From NCBI GenBank assembly GCA_951406725.2, contig OX597815.1, positions 25,978,001-26,042,000 on the forward strand: DNA of 64,000 nt. Direction: 5' to 3'. The notes under the pieces were generated by a model. The model was not told where the DNA came from, did no database searches, and worked only from the letters and a program-made list of their open reading frames with translations. Shown here piece after piece: positions 13,132 to 26,959 of this stretch (its first letter is position 1; every line of letters starts with the position of its first letter). Source of the DNA: Octopus vulgaris (Eukaryota). The translations under genes were made by a program, and so were the position numbers.

Positions 13132-14250
13132 CAACTCCAAGAACCAATATCTATGAACTGCTCATCACCACTGCTAATGCCTCCCCTTCTCACCTCTTCT
13201 GTTTCCATTCAGCCACAGCTTAGATACACATCTAATACAGAAAATCAAAAAAGTAAAAACAAAGTCGGCGTGTTTGTTCATAGGTGGCAATGCTTTTGAT
13301 CATAGGTCTAACGGGCCTTGGGCTAAGCAACAACAACAACTACGACTATTACGACTACTACTACTGTTATGATTACTACTACTATCACGACTACTACTCA
13401 TGCTGCTGCTGCGGTTGACAACACCATACTCAGGCATCGTCAGGATCACCACCTGACAACAACCGCAACCGGATCAAATGCTCTTATCGCGGTCTTTACT
13501 ACCACGGCTACCGTCAACATCCATTCTGAAGCACTGCCGAAGTTATCACCAGCACCACAAACACAGTAACCATTACCACAACAACCACAACCTTCAGCAG
13601 CAGCACCAGTACCCCCACCACCATCCTCCCCACCACCACAACCGTCACCATCACTACCACCATCACCGCAGCCATTGCCTCAACCGCTGCCGCCTCCACC
13701 TATGTTAAATGTCATCACACTCAAGCATTGCGCAACCCACCTCCACAACCGTAAGTTTTATCAGTACTGCTCTCACTCATTACCAAAGTAACCACCACAT
13801 CCATCACTGCTGCCGCCACCACCATCACCACCATCACCATCACCATCACCACTATCACCACCACCACCACCACCACCTCTGCAAATCACCGTACTATCAC
13901 ACAATTACAAATGATATCAACGTCGTTCTCGAGCATCACCAATGTAACAACCAATGCTATTACTACAAATACGATTATAATCCACCACGAATAAGCAAAC
14001 TATCACGAACAACCTCCTCCTTCCCGCATCAACCCACCAAGACATCCAGCGACCAAATCATCAAGTTTTCCCAAAGATAAACAACTGATTAGCCAGTAAT
14101 GTAGACACTTAAACTAAAAACCCAGTGCAAAGAAAACTTTCAGTTTTTGCTCTGTCACCCACAGCAGGTATAAGCTTCGGCAAATGAAACCAATTGGTTT
14201 CTAAGTGAGGGAAATCACTTGTGAAATCACTTGGGAAATCACAATGGGTG

Positions 14251-14330
<80 letters not shown>

Positions 14331-14337
<7 letters not shown>

Positions 14338-14562
14338 TAAATTAGAGATAAAACCACTATTAGGCAAATGAAACAATGAAAAACTTAAGCCAATACATAA
14401 AATTAATTAATTTATATTATTTTAAATATATATCAAAAGTATTAAAAGTTTAATAAAAGATAATGAGTAAAACACTACGATCGTTTTATGGCTGTCCAAT
14501 TCGTAATAATTCGAGTTATGGTTACAGTCAATCTTCGGGTAATTGAAATATTTATCTTAGCG

Positions 14563-14563
<1 letters not shown>
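14331..14563 (-). mobile_element. Short Penelope-type terminal-repeat element P2 with degenerate hammerhead
   Basis: Homologous to 44832-45052; minus strand CCGAAGA-stemII-AAAAC-GAUC-GUA; ends in (TA)n. Confidence 0.7.
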
Positions 14564-14649
<86 letters not shown>

Positions 14650-14659
14650 TGTGTGTGTA

Positions 14660-14833
14660 TAGTTAATCCAAAGATGAAAACACAACAACACGAGGACGTG
14701 GAACAAGTATAGTGTCATTGGACGGTCAGAAAAGGAAAGAAAGAAGGACAATTTAACGTTTCGAGCGGAGCTCTTCGTCTGAAACATAGGAAAAGGAAAG
14801 ATCCAAGGAAGGGAACACGGGTCAAATTTTGAA
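14660..14833 (-). mobile_element. Short Penelope-type terminal-repeat element P1b with hammerhead variant (14751-14786)
   Basis: Homologous to 59541-59747; minus strand UUU-CAGACGA-A-GAGC-UCC-GCUC-GAAACGU-U-AAA. Confidence 0.7.
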
Positions 14834-14895
14834 TGTATATATATATATACATATATATACATATGTGTGTGTGTGTGTGTGAGTGTGTGTATGTG

Positions 14896-14934
<39 letters not shown>

Positions 14935-15009
14935 ATATATATATATGGTTGGGGGAAAAGCACACACACACACACACACACACGCATAGACACACACGCA
15001 CATATATAT

Positions 15010-15260
15010 TCTCCTTTATTCTTTTAATTGTTTCAGTCATTTTACTACGGCCATGCTTGAGCACCACCTTTAGTCGAACAGACTTATTTTTTGTAAGCCT
15101 AGTACTTATTCTATCTGCTCCTTTTGCCAAATCGCTAATTTACGGGGACGTAAATACACCAGCATCGGTTGTTGAGTGATGGTTGGGGGACAAGCACACA
15201 CACACACACACACACATACACACACACACACACACATGCACAGACACACACACACACACA

Positions 15261-15321
<61 letters not shown>

Positions 15322-15492
15322 GTATATGTATATACGACAGGCTTCTTTCAGTTTCCGTCTACTAAATCCATTCACAAGGCTTTGTTCAGCATGAGGCTAT
15401 AGTAGAAGACACTTGCCTAAGGTGCCACACAGTGGGACTGAAACTGGAACCATGTGGTTGGGAAGCAAGCTTTTTATCACACAGCCACGCCT
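15010..15492 (-). mobile_element. SINE family B (tRNA-like head, internal TA/TG microsatellite, CR1-like tail)
   Basis: Minus strand gcgtggctgtgtgataaaaagcttgcttcccaaccacatggttccagtttcagtcccactg…; tail ggtggtgctcaagcatggccg…atgactgaaac. Confidence 0.9.
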
Positions 15493-15502
15493 ATATATAT
15501 AG

Positions 15503-16347
15503 AGAAAGGAAGTGTTTCTGCATTGGAAGATAAGAATATATGTAATCATCAGATATATGGTTCTACCAACACATCTTCTGGTTCATTTTTCAGAATATTG
15601 TTCAGCCATTTTTACTCACCATAAAAATTAAGCGTTAAATTAAAATTAAACATTAAAATTTTACATTTAATCACAGACTTCATTTTGATTTATAATTATA
15701 CTAGCAGTATCGCCCGGCGTTGCTCGGGTTTGTAAGGGAAATAACTATATAAGCATTTTTAGAGAGTTATAGCCAAAAAATAGCAAAAAAATGCATTAAA
15801 AATGGAAAAAAAATGATGGTAAATTTTTTTTTAAATCGTTGACTCATCGTAGACATTTTTAGAGAGTTACTTCCTTATATAATAGCGAAAAAAATGCATT
15901 AAAATGGAAAAAAATGATGGTAAATTTTTTAAATCGTAGACTCATCGTAGACGCGCGCTAATACCTAGAAGGGCTCGATATGAATCATGACTATAAGATA
16001 CTCGGTTTTGGTTAAACTGCACCGCAAAATGTAGGAGTAGTTAGGAATCTAAATCGTAGGAGACAGACACACAACCTCTCTTTTATATATAAAGATATTT
16101 ACATTCTGTATTTGACATTGTAAGTTTGATATATGTATGCTAATTTATATTTATAATTTTTATTCTTAATTTTGTAAAGTTTATTTTTAATTTTTAATTT
16201 TTAATTTAACGCTTAAATTTTATGGTGAGTTAAAATAGCTAATCAATATTCTGAAAAATTAACCTGAAGATGTTTTGGTAGCATTATAAATCTGATGATT
16301 ACATATATTCTTATCTTCCAATGCAAACACACGTGTAGTTCCTTTCT
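15503..16347. repeat. ~160-bp inverted repeat arms (15503-15660 / 16180-16347), each carrying an outward-facing hammerhead-like motif
   Basis: cattggaagataagaatatatgtaatcatcagat… versus …atctgatgattacatatattcttatcttccaatg; CUGAUGA…GAAAC on the outward strand. Confidence 0.85.
15701..16095 (-). mobile_element. Non-autonomous Helitron (family H1), second copy
   Basis: Reverse complement of 8356-8845 with the same TC/CTAG termini and A|T site, but two internal tandem units instead of three. Confidence 0.9.
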
Positions 16348-16557
16348 AATTATAATTTTAACTCAAGTAAGAGCTAACTAAGGTATTATATTTTATACCA
16401 TGCTATTGTACCGGTTTTATCCTCAAGTATTATTTCTTGATGTGCATATAAATGCCACGAGGTTTCCATCATGAATACTCGTTATGTTCTTTTTTGCATT
16501 ATCTGAAATGGAATACCCACAAATCTATTGATTGAAATCCCAATAACTGAACTACAC

Positions 16558-16667
<110 letters not shown>

Positions 16668-16677
16668 GTATAAATAC

Positions 16678-16728
<51 letters not shown>

Positions 16729-17690
16729 CGTGTGAATGACAATTTTCTTATCCAGCTTAACGTGAATGTTGCGTTAGTACACTGAATACTACATTATTTA
16801 CCTTGAGAGGACCGCTCATACATTTATATCGTTGGCGGGTAAGAACCGTCTGCCAACGATATAAGCGTGACTGCTTTCATGGACCAAGTTTCATGCACCA
16901 AGACCGATCTTGGTGCAATTTGAACTCATATCTTAAAAGCGGGAAAAATGCCACTAGGGACTTTAAACGATTCTTCTAGCTCACCGCTTTCAGTTTTAAG
17001 AAGAAAATAATTAAGAAAATACTCCTCTAATACCGTGCTACGAACGATAACCGAAAAAGAAAAATGAACTCACGACGTTTAACGATTTACAATTTTATAG
17101 TGGGAATGTCAAAGCTCAATTCCTCACCTTACTAATAGTTTGGTCCCAGCCGGAAATCTCCGAACCCTGGGATTATTTGAAATCGTAGTTTTAATTATTG
17201 GACACAAAAGCTAAAAGTGCAAAAGATGAATGGGTGCTTCATTCACTTGGTATTTATTTTCGGTAGGGAAAGAATAAATATGGTTTTTCACTGTTTTCTT
17301 CTTCTGCTTTTATTTGAAGTCAGTTTTTTTTTTGTGCGTTATGAGTTGTGTGGTGTGTGGAACCCACTGAATAGCAAATCATATTCATACACCTTCATTT
17401 TTTTCCTTAACACAAAAAGAGATATTCATTTGCTCAAAACCCATCAATCTCTCATCACCACACACAAACAAACATACACACACACACACAAATACACGTC
17501 ATCCAAAGAATACCTCCCACAATAAAATCATTTCTTTCAAATAACTAGAAAACCTCAAAGAAAAACATAGTACCATATACTTCGTTTACACTTCTGAGTC
17601 AAATAAATGCAACTTTATTTCAAGAAATTAACTTATGAAAACGCGAACAATATACAACCCAGTATGTATTTATATATATATATATATATA

Positions 17691-17988
17691 TCACCGTGAT
17701 CACCGTGACCGACCAGGCTATCAGATGTTGCTACACATCGCTGGTCACAATGCGCTTCGCATTGTTTTAGCCTTCAGATGACGCCACCCCGCTGGCTAAG
17801 CGAGCAGGCCAACAGAAGAAAGAGTGAAAGAAAGTTGTGGCGAAAGAGTACAGCAGGGATCGCCACCACCACCCTGCCGGAGGCTCGTGGAGCTTTAGGT
17901 GTTTTCGCTCAATAAACACTCACAACGCCCGGTCTGGGAATCGAAACCGCGAGTCCGCTGCCCTAACCACTGGGCCATTGAGCCTCCA
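17691..17988 (-). mobile_element. SINE family C (tRNA-derived, OR1-like)
   Basis: Minus strand ggaggctcaatggcccagtggttagggcagcggactcgcgg…tttcgattccc (A/B boxes); tail ending in repeated tcacggtga. Confidence 0.85.
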
Positions 17989-18485
17989 CATATATAGGTA
18001 TATATATATATATACACACACATACTCTTATACACACACACTTATGCACACGCGCGCGCACACTTTTTTTGAAACAGAGTTTTTATCTTCCGACTCGAGT
18101 TTCCAGCCTCCAGGAAAGAATGCTGCAATAATAGCCCTTATACATTTTACAATATGCACCGAGTACTCCTCCCTCATCCTTTGGACTCAGTTCAACGCTC
18201 GAGTGTGTGTGTGCATGTGCGTGTTTGTGACTGTGTGTTTGTGTCTATTAGTAGTATTCTATGAAATCTTATATATTATGATGAAGTATATTTAAAATAT
18301 TTCACGAAGATCCTACGATGAATGTTAGAAGTTTAAGCAAGGAAATCAAGAAAAATGACTGAGGCTTTTTACTGTCTGTGAATATCTCGGGTTTAAATTC
18401 CTTTATCATGAGATTAAGGAGAAAGCTTAGATCAACTCCACGTAGATATTTGGAAAGATTGCGGGCTCAGATGAATTGCAATGCT

Positions 18486-18689
18486 GTCGGGCGAAATGTG
18501 TAGCCGTATTTCGTCTGCCGTTAAGTTCTGAGTTCAAATTCCGCCGAGGTTGACTTTGCCTTTCATCCTTTCGGGGTCGATAAATTAAGTACCAGTTACG
18601 CACTGGGGATCGATGTAATCGACTTAATCCGTTTGTCTGTTCTTGTTTGTCCCCTCTGTGTTTAGCCCCTTGTGGGTAGTAAAGAAATA
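18486..18689 (+). mobile_element. SINE family A, 5'-truncated long-tail copy
   Basis: B box, core and tail match the other copies. Confidence 0.92.
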
Positions 18690-18714
18690 TGTATTAATCA
18701 ATTTCTAAGACGCA

Positions 18715-19760
18715 GCTCCTATCTGCTGTTAATGTGGGACTTAAGATTTTTGCTAAGGCTAGCTCCCTTAATCCTCGAACTTCTCATATTTCGTTCCGTA
18801 TCTTTGATGTAGAACAAAATATCTTGATTACGACATTTCTCTGGATGTTTTTTTTTTATTTATTCAACGGAGGAAACATGTGTAATCAAGTTTTATTTAG
18901 CACGGGTGTGCAATTTACGGACAGTGCTTCCAAAATAAGTTTCATGTATTCCATGTAGGCACACAAATACATGCCAATATTGATAAAGGAGAAGCTGGCC
19001 GCCAGTGAGAATATAGTGCGTGGCTTGATTTACAGATATGCATTTTCTTAAAGAAGGTCCAGCGTACGTTAGGAGAGTCCAGTTTGCTGGACATAGTTGT
19101 AGAGCTGAAAAAGAAGTAATTTCTACTCTTCTCCTCTGGAAGCCATCTACTCGCAATACCAGAGGACGCACACTCTCCTACCCTGATGTAATCTCCAGGG
19201 ATACAGGCATCCAGCAACAGGACCTCCGTAATGCCATGATGGACCGTGAAGTCTGGCGTAGCATGGTAAATTCCATTGTCTCGACCACGGTCGAACAATG
19301 ATGATGATGATGATGATTTTTGTCGACTGCTTTCATCAATAAAGCGCTGCAATTTCAGAAAGCAAGGATTGTCACTGACACTGTGCACTTCCTCTAGGGA
19401 ATTTATTATCAAACTGGTGACTAACAAAGGGTGCTGAGTAGCCTTTACCCATTAGCAATCTTGGGAACTGCTTGGAAAGATATTTTGAGATTTTGTTATC
19501 CAAAAAGGGTAAGTTATAGGAAGCTTTGTGTGTGGTATATTTGTGATTTGTGTGTTTCGGAATGTTAGTAAGATGAGAAAATGTAAATATGTAGGTAAAG
19601 TGATGTAATAATAAAAGTCAATTTGTTCGATCCAATCTAGTTTTGTTGTTTATTTCTGGTGTGTGTTGTTTAATGTGAAGGGCCTGTCTGGTTCTCAAGT
19701 TGTCATTATTCCGTTCAATGGCTAAGATACATGTAGTTATATTTCCAGGATATTGAGGTG
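18715..19760 (-). mobile_element. Decayed Penelope-like element (GIY-YIG endonuclease and upstream linker), interrupted by an RTE-like fragment
   Basis: Minus-strand peptide FVC..IHETYFGSTVRKLHTRAK…KHPEKCRN…RIKGA…HINSR matches the GIY-YIG pattern YIG.T.R.L..R; FLKLQRFIDE lies beyond the insert. Confidence 0.6.
19066..19317 (+). mobile_element. RTE/RTEX-like LINE 3' end
   Basis: RRVQFAGHSCRAEKE…LLLWKPSTRNTRGRT…DTG…LRNAMMDREVWRSMV*, followed by a (TGA)n tail. Confidence 0.8.
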
Positions 19761-19789
19761 ATTCTTAACCGAGGAAACACAAGCTAAGA

Positions 19790-20021
19790 AACACCTATAT
19801 ATAACCTGAAGTCCTGGAATTTTGAACAACAACAACAACAATAATAATAATGTATATATAACATATAGAAATAGCTCTGCTACTAGGCACCACACACATC
19901 CTACGTAAAACACTTTCAATACAATGAAAATAAGAACACCACAACAAACCACAGCACTTACCTAAGGCACACAGAGCTGCGTTCGGTAGTGCAGTGAAAG
20001 TATGTGATAATAATAAGACTA

Positions 20022-20103
<82 letters not shown>
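19790..20103 (+). mobile_element. R4/Dong-like LINE extreme 3' end followed by (TAA)n
   Basis: LLGTTHILRKTLSIQ* parallels 34520-34570; short 3' UTR, then a long (AAT)n. Confidence 0.65.
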
Positions 20104-20104
<1 letters not shown>

Positions 20105-20148
20105 ACAGATTTGCTTGTCAGTTGTTTGACCTTAACCAGTTGAGCATG

Positions 20149-21315
20149 TCTACAGTTTCCTGTGAGTATTTTGAATTTCCCTCAAAATAAGTTAAGGAAA
20201 TTACATATCTACAGCTTTCGAACACATAAACAATCAGCTTTAAAACCTTTAATATCTACATCTCCTGTGAATACCTATCATTTCCTTCCCTCCTGAGTAT
20301 TCGAAAATGTAAACATCCTCTTTATTCCAAGAACACTACAGTTTTCTCTGTTCGAAGAGACAAATGATCATCTCCAGTAAATATTTTAAAAAACTTCATA
20401 TCTACAATTTTCTGTGAAAAAAGTTTAACTTCCTTTTCTTTCCGTTCCTTTCCCCCTGAATTTTCGAAAATCTAAACTTCCTTTTTATTGTAAAAGTAAA
20501 ACACCACAGTTTTCTCTGAACGAACATACAAACGAACACCTTAAAAAATTTAGAAACTTTAATATCTCCAATTTTGTGTGACCATTTTGTCTTCCTTTCT
20601 TCCCCGACTTAGAGAATATATAAATATGCCTTTTATTGTAACAACACAATTAAATACACGATAATAATTAAGGAAGTAAGCACCTGCCAATATATACATA
20701 CTGCACAACTACAAAAACTGTAAACCTTAGCAAAACTTTTTAAAAGAAATGATAACTTCTAAAAGAAAAAGAAATTCTGAAATTCAAAAATCCAATAAGG
20801 TGAACATCTCTTCCTCTGGAATATCTACAATTTCCTGTGAATATTTTAAATCTCCCTCAAAATAAAATAAGTTAGGAAACTTACATACCTACAACTTTTG
20901 AACACACAAACAATCAGCTTTAAAAAAAAAACCTTTACTATCTACAACTACTGTGTGAATACTTATCCTTTCCTCTTTCCCTGATTATTCGAAAATGTAA
21001 ACATCATCCTCCTTTTTATTCCAAGAACACTACCATTTCTCTCTGTGCGGTCATACAAAAGACAATATTTAGTAATTCTTAAAACTTTACTATCTACAAC
21101 TTGTTTTCTTTTCTTTTTGACTATCTCTGAGTATTCGAAAATGTAAACATCCTTTTCATTGCAAAAGTCCTACTGTATTCTCCAACTGGACAGACAAACG
21201 AACATCTCAAGAAAGCTTAAAAACTTTAATATATTACCCAAATACGTAAACACACCTTTTATTGCAACAACACAAGTGAATTCAGAAATTCAAAAATTCA
21301 ACGATGTGAATATCA
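20149..21315. repeat. Degenerate tandem repeat with ~130-160 bp subunits and a ~670-bp higher-order duplication
   Basis: Recurring aaac.tt.atatctaca…ctga.tattcgaaaatgtaaacatcc…ttattcc/gc; the block at 20149 recurs at ~20824. Confidence 0.8.
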
Positions 21316-21365
21316 GTATATATGTGTTTGTGTGTATATATAAATATGTGTGTGTATATTTGTGC

Positions 21366-21441
<76 letters not shown>

Positions 21442-21456
21442 ATATATATATATATA

Positions 21457-21496
<40 letters not shown>

Positions 21497-21885
21497 TTCT
21501 ACCAGTAATTACAAATAGAACACGTTGAATTGCTTCTTTTCAAGGCAGTGTTCTCAGTGGCCACTGGTAGTAGTAAACACATTTGACCTCTGCTGACCCA
21601 AAGAGTGCGAAGATTCTTTTGTCTCTATGGCTGACCTTCCCACCATCTGCCGAAGCTATTTATAGACCTGTAGAATATGATCTATTCACCAAACTACTAC
21701 CCAACTATTCCCTCCAATAATGGTAATGGTAGTGATGGTGATAATGATAAAAATAAAAATAATAATAATATGCTGCAGCTACTGATACTAAATACTACTA
21801 ATACTGCAATAATACTAGAACTACTACTATTATGATAGCACAGGAATCTGAGGCCCAACTACCACCCTTACCAATAATAATAATA

Positions 21886-22101
21886 ATCCTTTCTACTATA
21901 GGCACAAGGTCTGAAGTTGTGGGGAGGGGGAATAGTCAATTAAATCGATCCCAGTGTTTCACTGGAACTTAATTTATCGACCCCGAAAGGATAAAAGGCA
22001 AAGTTAATCCTGATGGTATTAGAACTCAGAACATAAGGGCAGACGAAATGCCGCTTAGCATTTTACCCGGCGTGCTAACGATTCTGCCAGATCGCTGCCT
22101 T
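21886..22101 (-). mobile_element. SINE family A, short-tail copy
   Basis: A/B boxes, core, and tail ccttgtgcctatagtagaaaggattatt. Confidence 0.88.
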
Positions 22102-22248
22102 AATAGTAATAAAAATAATAATATCCTTGATGTACCTTTCTATAAAACACATTTGACTCAGCCCAAGTATTTGTAGTTCTACTATGTCACCTAACATTGT
22201 TCTTATAAATAGTTACCTCCAGGATGTATGTATGTATGTATGTATGTA

Positions 22249-23164
22249 CGAGGGACGTTCAATAAGTAATGCCCCTGACCCACTTGCAATTGTTTGATCT
22301 ATCTGAAATATTGCATGTGCAATTATTGATATCTTTATAGATTAAGTGCCAAATTACAGCTCTGAACTAATTGTGGTTTCTGATTTACAGGTGTTTGAAC
22401 TGAGTCAAGTGTGAAATGGAGCCTGTTGAGTGTCGAGTAGTGATCCGGTTTTTATATTTGGAAGGACGCACACCACGGAAGACTTTTGATGAAATGAAAG
22501 TTACTTATGGTGATGATGCCCCATCATATGACCTTGTAAAACGCTGGCATAGTAAATTCAAACATGGTCGGAACTCTGTGGAAACAGCTCCCAGATCTGG
22601 TCGCCCCCCTTCTGCCATTGATGAGGCATCTGTCCGTCAAGTTGAGGCAGCCATTTTGGAAGATCGACGCATAACTATTCGCCAAATAGCCCATGAGGTC
22701 AAGATTAGTACCGGTTCTGTGGAAACTATCATTCATGACCATTTGCATATGCAAAAGGTGTCTGCCAGATGGATTCTCAGGTTGCTCACACCTTTCCAGA
22801 AACAAGAACGCGTCGAGTGCTCGAGGGTGAATTTGGAGATGTGCCAAGAAGATGAGTCAACATTTTTCGAAAGACTGATTACACAGGATGAAACCTGATT
22901 TTCACTTCTTCCCAGCCATGAAGTTGTTTTTGAAAGGAAAGCGTTTCCCAGATGATGCAGTCTTGATTTCTGAAGTCACGTCGTTGTTGGAGGACCAAGC
23001 TGGGGTCTTCTACAAAAGCGGTCTCCAGAGCTGCATCAAACGATGGGAGAAATGCGTAACTCTGGGTGATTGCTATATAGAAAAAGACTAATAACTGTGC
23101 CAAGTTTCGTTGCTCTACTGCTATGGGAGGTGGGTCAGGGGCATTACTTATTGAACGCCCCTCG
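22249..23164 (+). mobile_element. Mariner transposon (irritans-like) with internal deletion
   Basis: 34-bp TIRs cgaggg[a/g]cgttcaataagtaatgcccctgaccca; TA TSD in (TATG)n; ORF 22416-22898 has HTH, RSGRP, KVSARWILRLL, ITQDET, then jumps to PDFHFFPAMK…RWEKCV…YIEK. Confidence 0.95.
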
Positions 23165-23806
23165 TATGTATGTATGTATGTATGTATGTATGTATGCATG
23201 TATGTATGTATGTATGTATGTATGTTTGTATGTATGTATGTATGTATGTATGCATGTTTGTATGTATTTATCTATCTATCATCTAGCTAGTTAGCTGTCA
23301 GTCTGTCTGTCTGTCTGTCACTTTTGAAAGCAGCTAATATCAGAATTGTTAATGCGTCAGACACAACACCTTGCAGCATTTGTTACGACACTCCGTGTTT
23401 TGAGATCAAATCTCAATGAACTGAACTATGCCTTTCATTCCGACGCGAGTTAATAAGTACTAATTCAGCACTGAATTTGATTCTTCTCTCTGTTTCATTT
23501 TATCCATAGTTCCTTCGTGGATTTCAATGGTCCACTCCTGTTACATTCTGTCATGTTGACTTAGTCTGTACGTTACTCTAACGGTCACATGTCTATGGAA
23601 TACTCAGCCGTTTTCACTGGGATTTCACGAGACGAAAAGCACAATGAATCATCACCGACTGAAAATCTACCGTCGTATCATTCCTTAGATTTTCCTTTAT
23701 TTCCCTTCTTTAATTTTTTACTGTCCTTCTCTGCCTTTTATTTTTTTCTTTCATATTTTCAACAAGAATATTGGTTCCGGCCCCAATTTCACATGTTTCT
23801 CCAAAC

Positions 23807-23837
<31 letters not shown>

Positions 23838-23885
23838 TGTATGTATGTATGTATGTATGTATGTATGTATGTATGTATGTATGTG

Positions 23886-23918
<33 letters not shown>

Positions 23919-24002
23919 ATGTATATATATGTAATGCATGCATATTATACATATATACATATATACGTACGCATATATGCATGCAGTATACATATATGTA
24001 CA

Positions 24003-24058
<56 letters not shown>

Positions 24059-24074
24059 ATTGTCCTCTATAACG

Positions 24075-24120
<46 letters not shown>

Positions 24121-24123
24121 GTT

Positions 24124-24179
<56 letters not shown>

Positions 24180-24377
24180 TCTTATGGTATTCTCTCCATA
24201 TTTACATTCTCTTTTCTTTAACTTGCTCTTTTTTTCCTTCTCCTCCTTTCATTTCTATATGTATTTAGGATAGGGTGAGCGGAAGAAAATCTTCCGTATT
24301 TATCCAAAAATGAAAATTCTTTGTTGAATATTTCTTTCCAAATATTCCCATCCATTCACACCTTTCTTATCTATCTG

Positions 24378-24540
<163 letters not shown>

Positions 24541-24703
24541 GTCTACCTGTCTGCCTGTATGTCTATCTATCTATGAATCTGTCCGTCTGTCTGTCTGTCA
24601 ATCTGTCTGTCTGTTTGTTCGTCCATCCATCCATCCATCCATCCATCCGTTCGTCCGTCTATCTGTCATACTGTCTGTCTGTCTGCCTGTCTGTCTGTCT
24701 ATC

Positions 24704-24779
<76 letters not shown>

Positions 24780-25034
24780 TTCAGCCATCACTGTCACAAT
24801 GTGTTTGTCTACTTGCGTGACTCCCTCCCACAGCTTCCCTCTCCCTCTCTCTCTCTCACCTCCACCTACACCCTGTTTTCTTTCATTTCTTTGAATTTCA
24901 ATTTTAATATTTCTTCGACGGAATCTATCCTAATTTACGTCAGTTCATATGAATGCATGGATATGTATGTGTCTTATACTTACATACATTTACATACTTA
25001 TATAGTTTGTATATATGCATGTGTATATATACAC

Positions 25035-25071
<37 letters not shown>

Positions 25072-25073
25072 CA

Positions 25074-25173
<100 letters not shown>

Positions 25174-25181
25174 TATATATG

Positions 25182-25245
<64 letters not shown>

Positions 25246-25644
25246 CATATATATATTTATATATATGTATATGTATGTATGTATGTATGTATATGTATGT
25301 ATATATACACACATATATATGCACGCATATACGTCTACGTGAGTGTGTATTTGCGTTGGCGTGCACGTATGCCAGCATGTATGTATCTACGCATGCGTGA
25401 ACGTGTGTGAATGTATAATCTTCGTTTGAATGCATGTGTGTACGCCGTGTGAGTATATGTGTATGTGTGTGTGTGTGTGTGTGTGTGTCGCTCAATCACT
25501 CCCTCCCTCTCTCTCATTCCTCACTCTCTTTCAGTCTTTCCATATTCTCAACTCATTTTGTTTATTTTTCTAAATTTTCTTTTTGCCTCTGTCACTATTT
25601 TTGAGTAAGTCTGTTCATTTATGCGTCTGTTTGTCTGTCTGTCA

Positions 25645-25675
<31 letters not shown>

Positions 25676-25818
25676 CGCCAATGCCTCACACTTTCACACT
25701 TTCACACACGCACATGCACACGCACACAAAATAGATACATGCACGCATACACGTACATACTAATACACTCACATATCTTCATATATATATATATATGTAT
25801 GTAAAAATATCTATATCT

Positions 25819-25882
<64 letters not shown>

Positions 25883-25883
25883 A

Positions 25884-25924
<41 letters not shown>

Positions 25925-26146
25925 TTTTGTATATATATATATATGTATATATATACATATATTATATATATATATGTATTTATATATTATATAGATAAAT
26001 AGATAGATAGATATCTTTACATAGTGCATATAGAGTAGACACTCTATATATATGCATATATGTACATGCATACACACACACATATATATATATATATATT
26101 ATATAGATAGGTAGATATCTTTACATAGTGCATGTAGAGTAGACAC

Positions 26147-26178
<32 letters not shown>

Positions 26179-26263
26179 CTTTCTACTCTATATATGCATG
26201 AGTCTCTGTATGTGTGTATGTATGTATATATCTATATCTATCTATCAATATATGTATGTATAT

Positions 26264-26320
<57 letters not shown>

Positions 26321-26520
26321 CATACATACATGAATACTTATGCATGTATATGCATAGATATGTGTGTGTGTATGTGTATACCTAAATATATTCAGCCCAC
26401 CCTTCTCTCTCTTTTGCTATCACCACCACCACCACCACTACCACCACCACCACCACTACCACCACAACCAGCACAACCACCTCCGCTATTTTCTATATCT
26501 ACTCGCCGCACACGCACACA

Positions 26521-26611
<91 letters not shown>

Positions 26612-26959
26612 TTCAACATAATTTCATTCACGCATGAGCAAGCAATATGTACTTCATATAACAAACGCTATCAAATATATTGGCACTTTTATTCTTTCTT
26701 CCTCTCTTTCTTTCTCTCTCTCTCTCACTGTCTTTGTTTCCTTCTTTCTCCATTTCTTCCTTCCTTTCTTTCTTTCTTTCTTTCTTTCATTTTCTCTTTC
26801 CTTCTTTCTCTCCATTTTCTTTCTCTCCCATCCTTACTCTCTCTCTCTCTCTCAGCGTCTATCTCTTCAGCTCTCTTTCTTTTCGTTTACAATTTCACTG
26901 TTTGGCTTCACTTTTGCTATGTTTTGTGTTGGTTTGATGGTTTGTTGTTTAGAGTTTGT

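Noticed and set aside
20149-21315. CRISPR-like array
   Set aside because: Repeats are degenerate, the intervening sequences are homologous to each other, the context is eukaryotic and there are no cas genes
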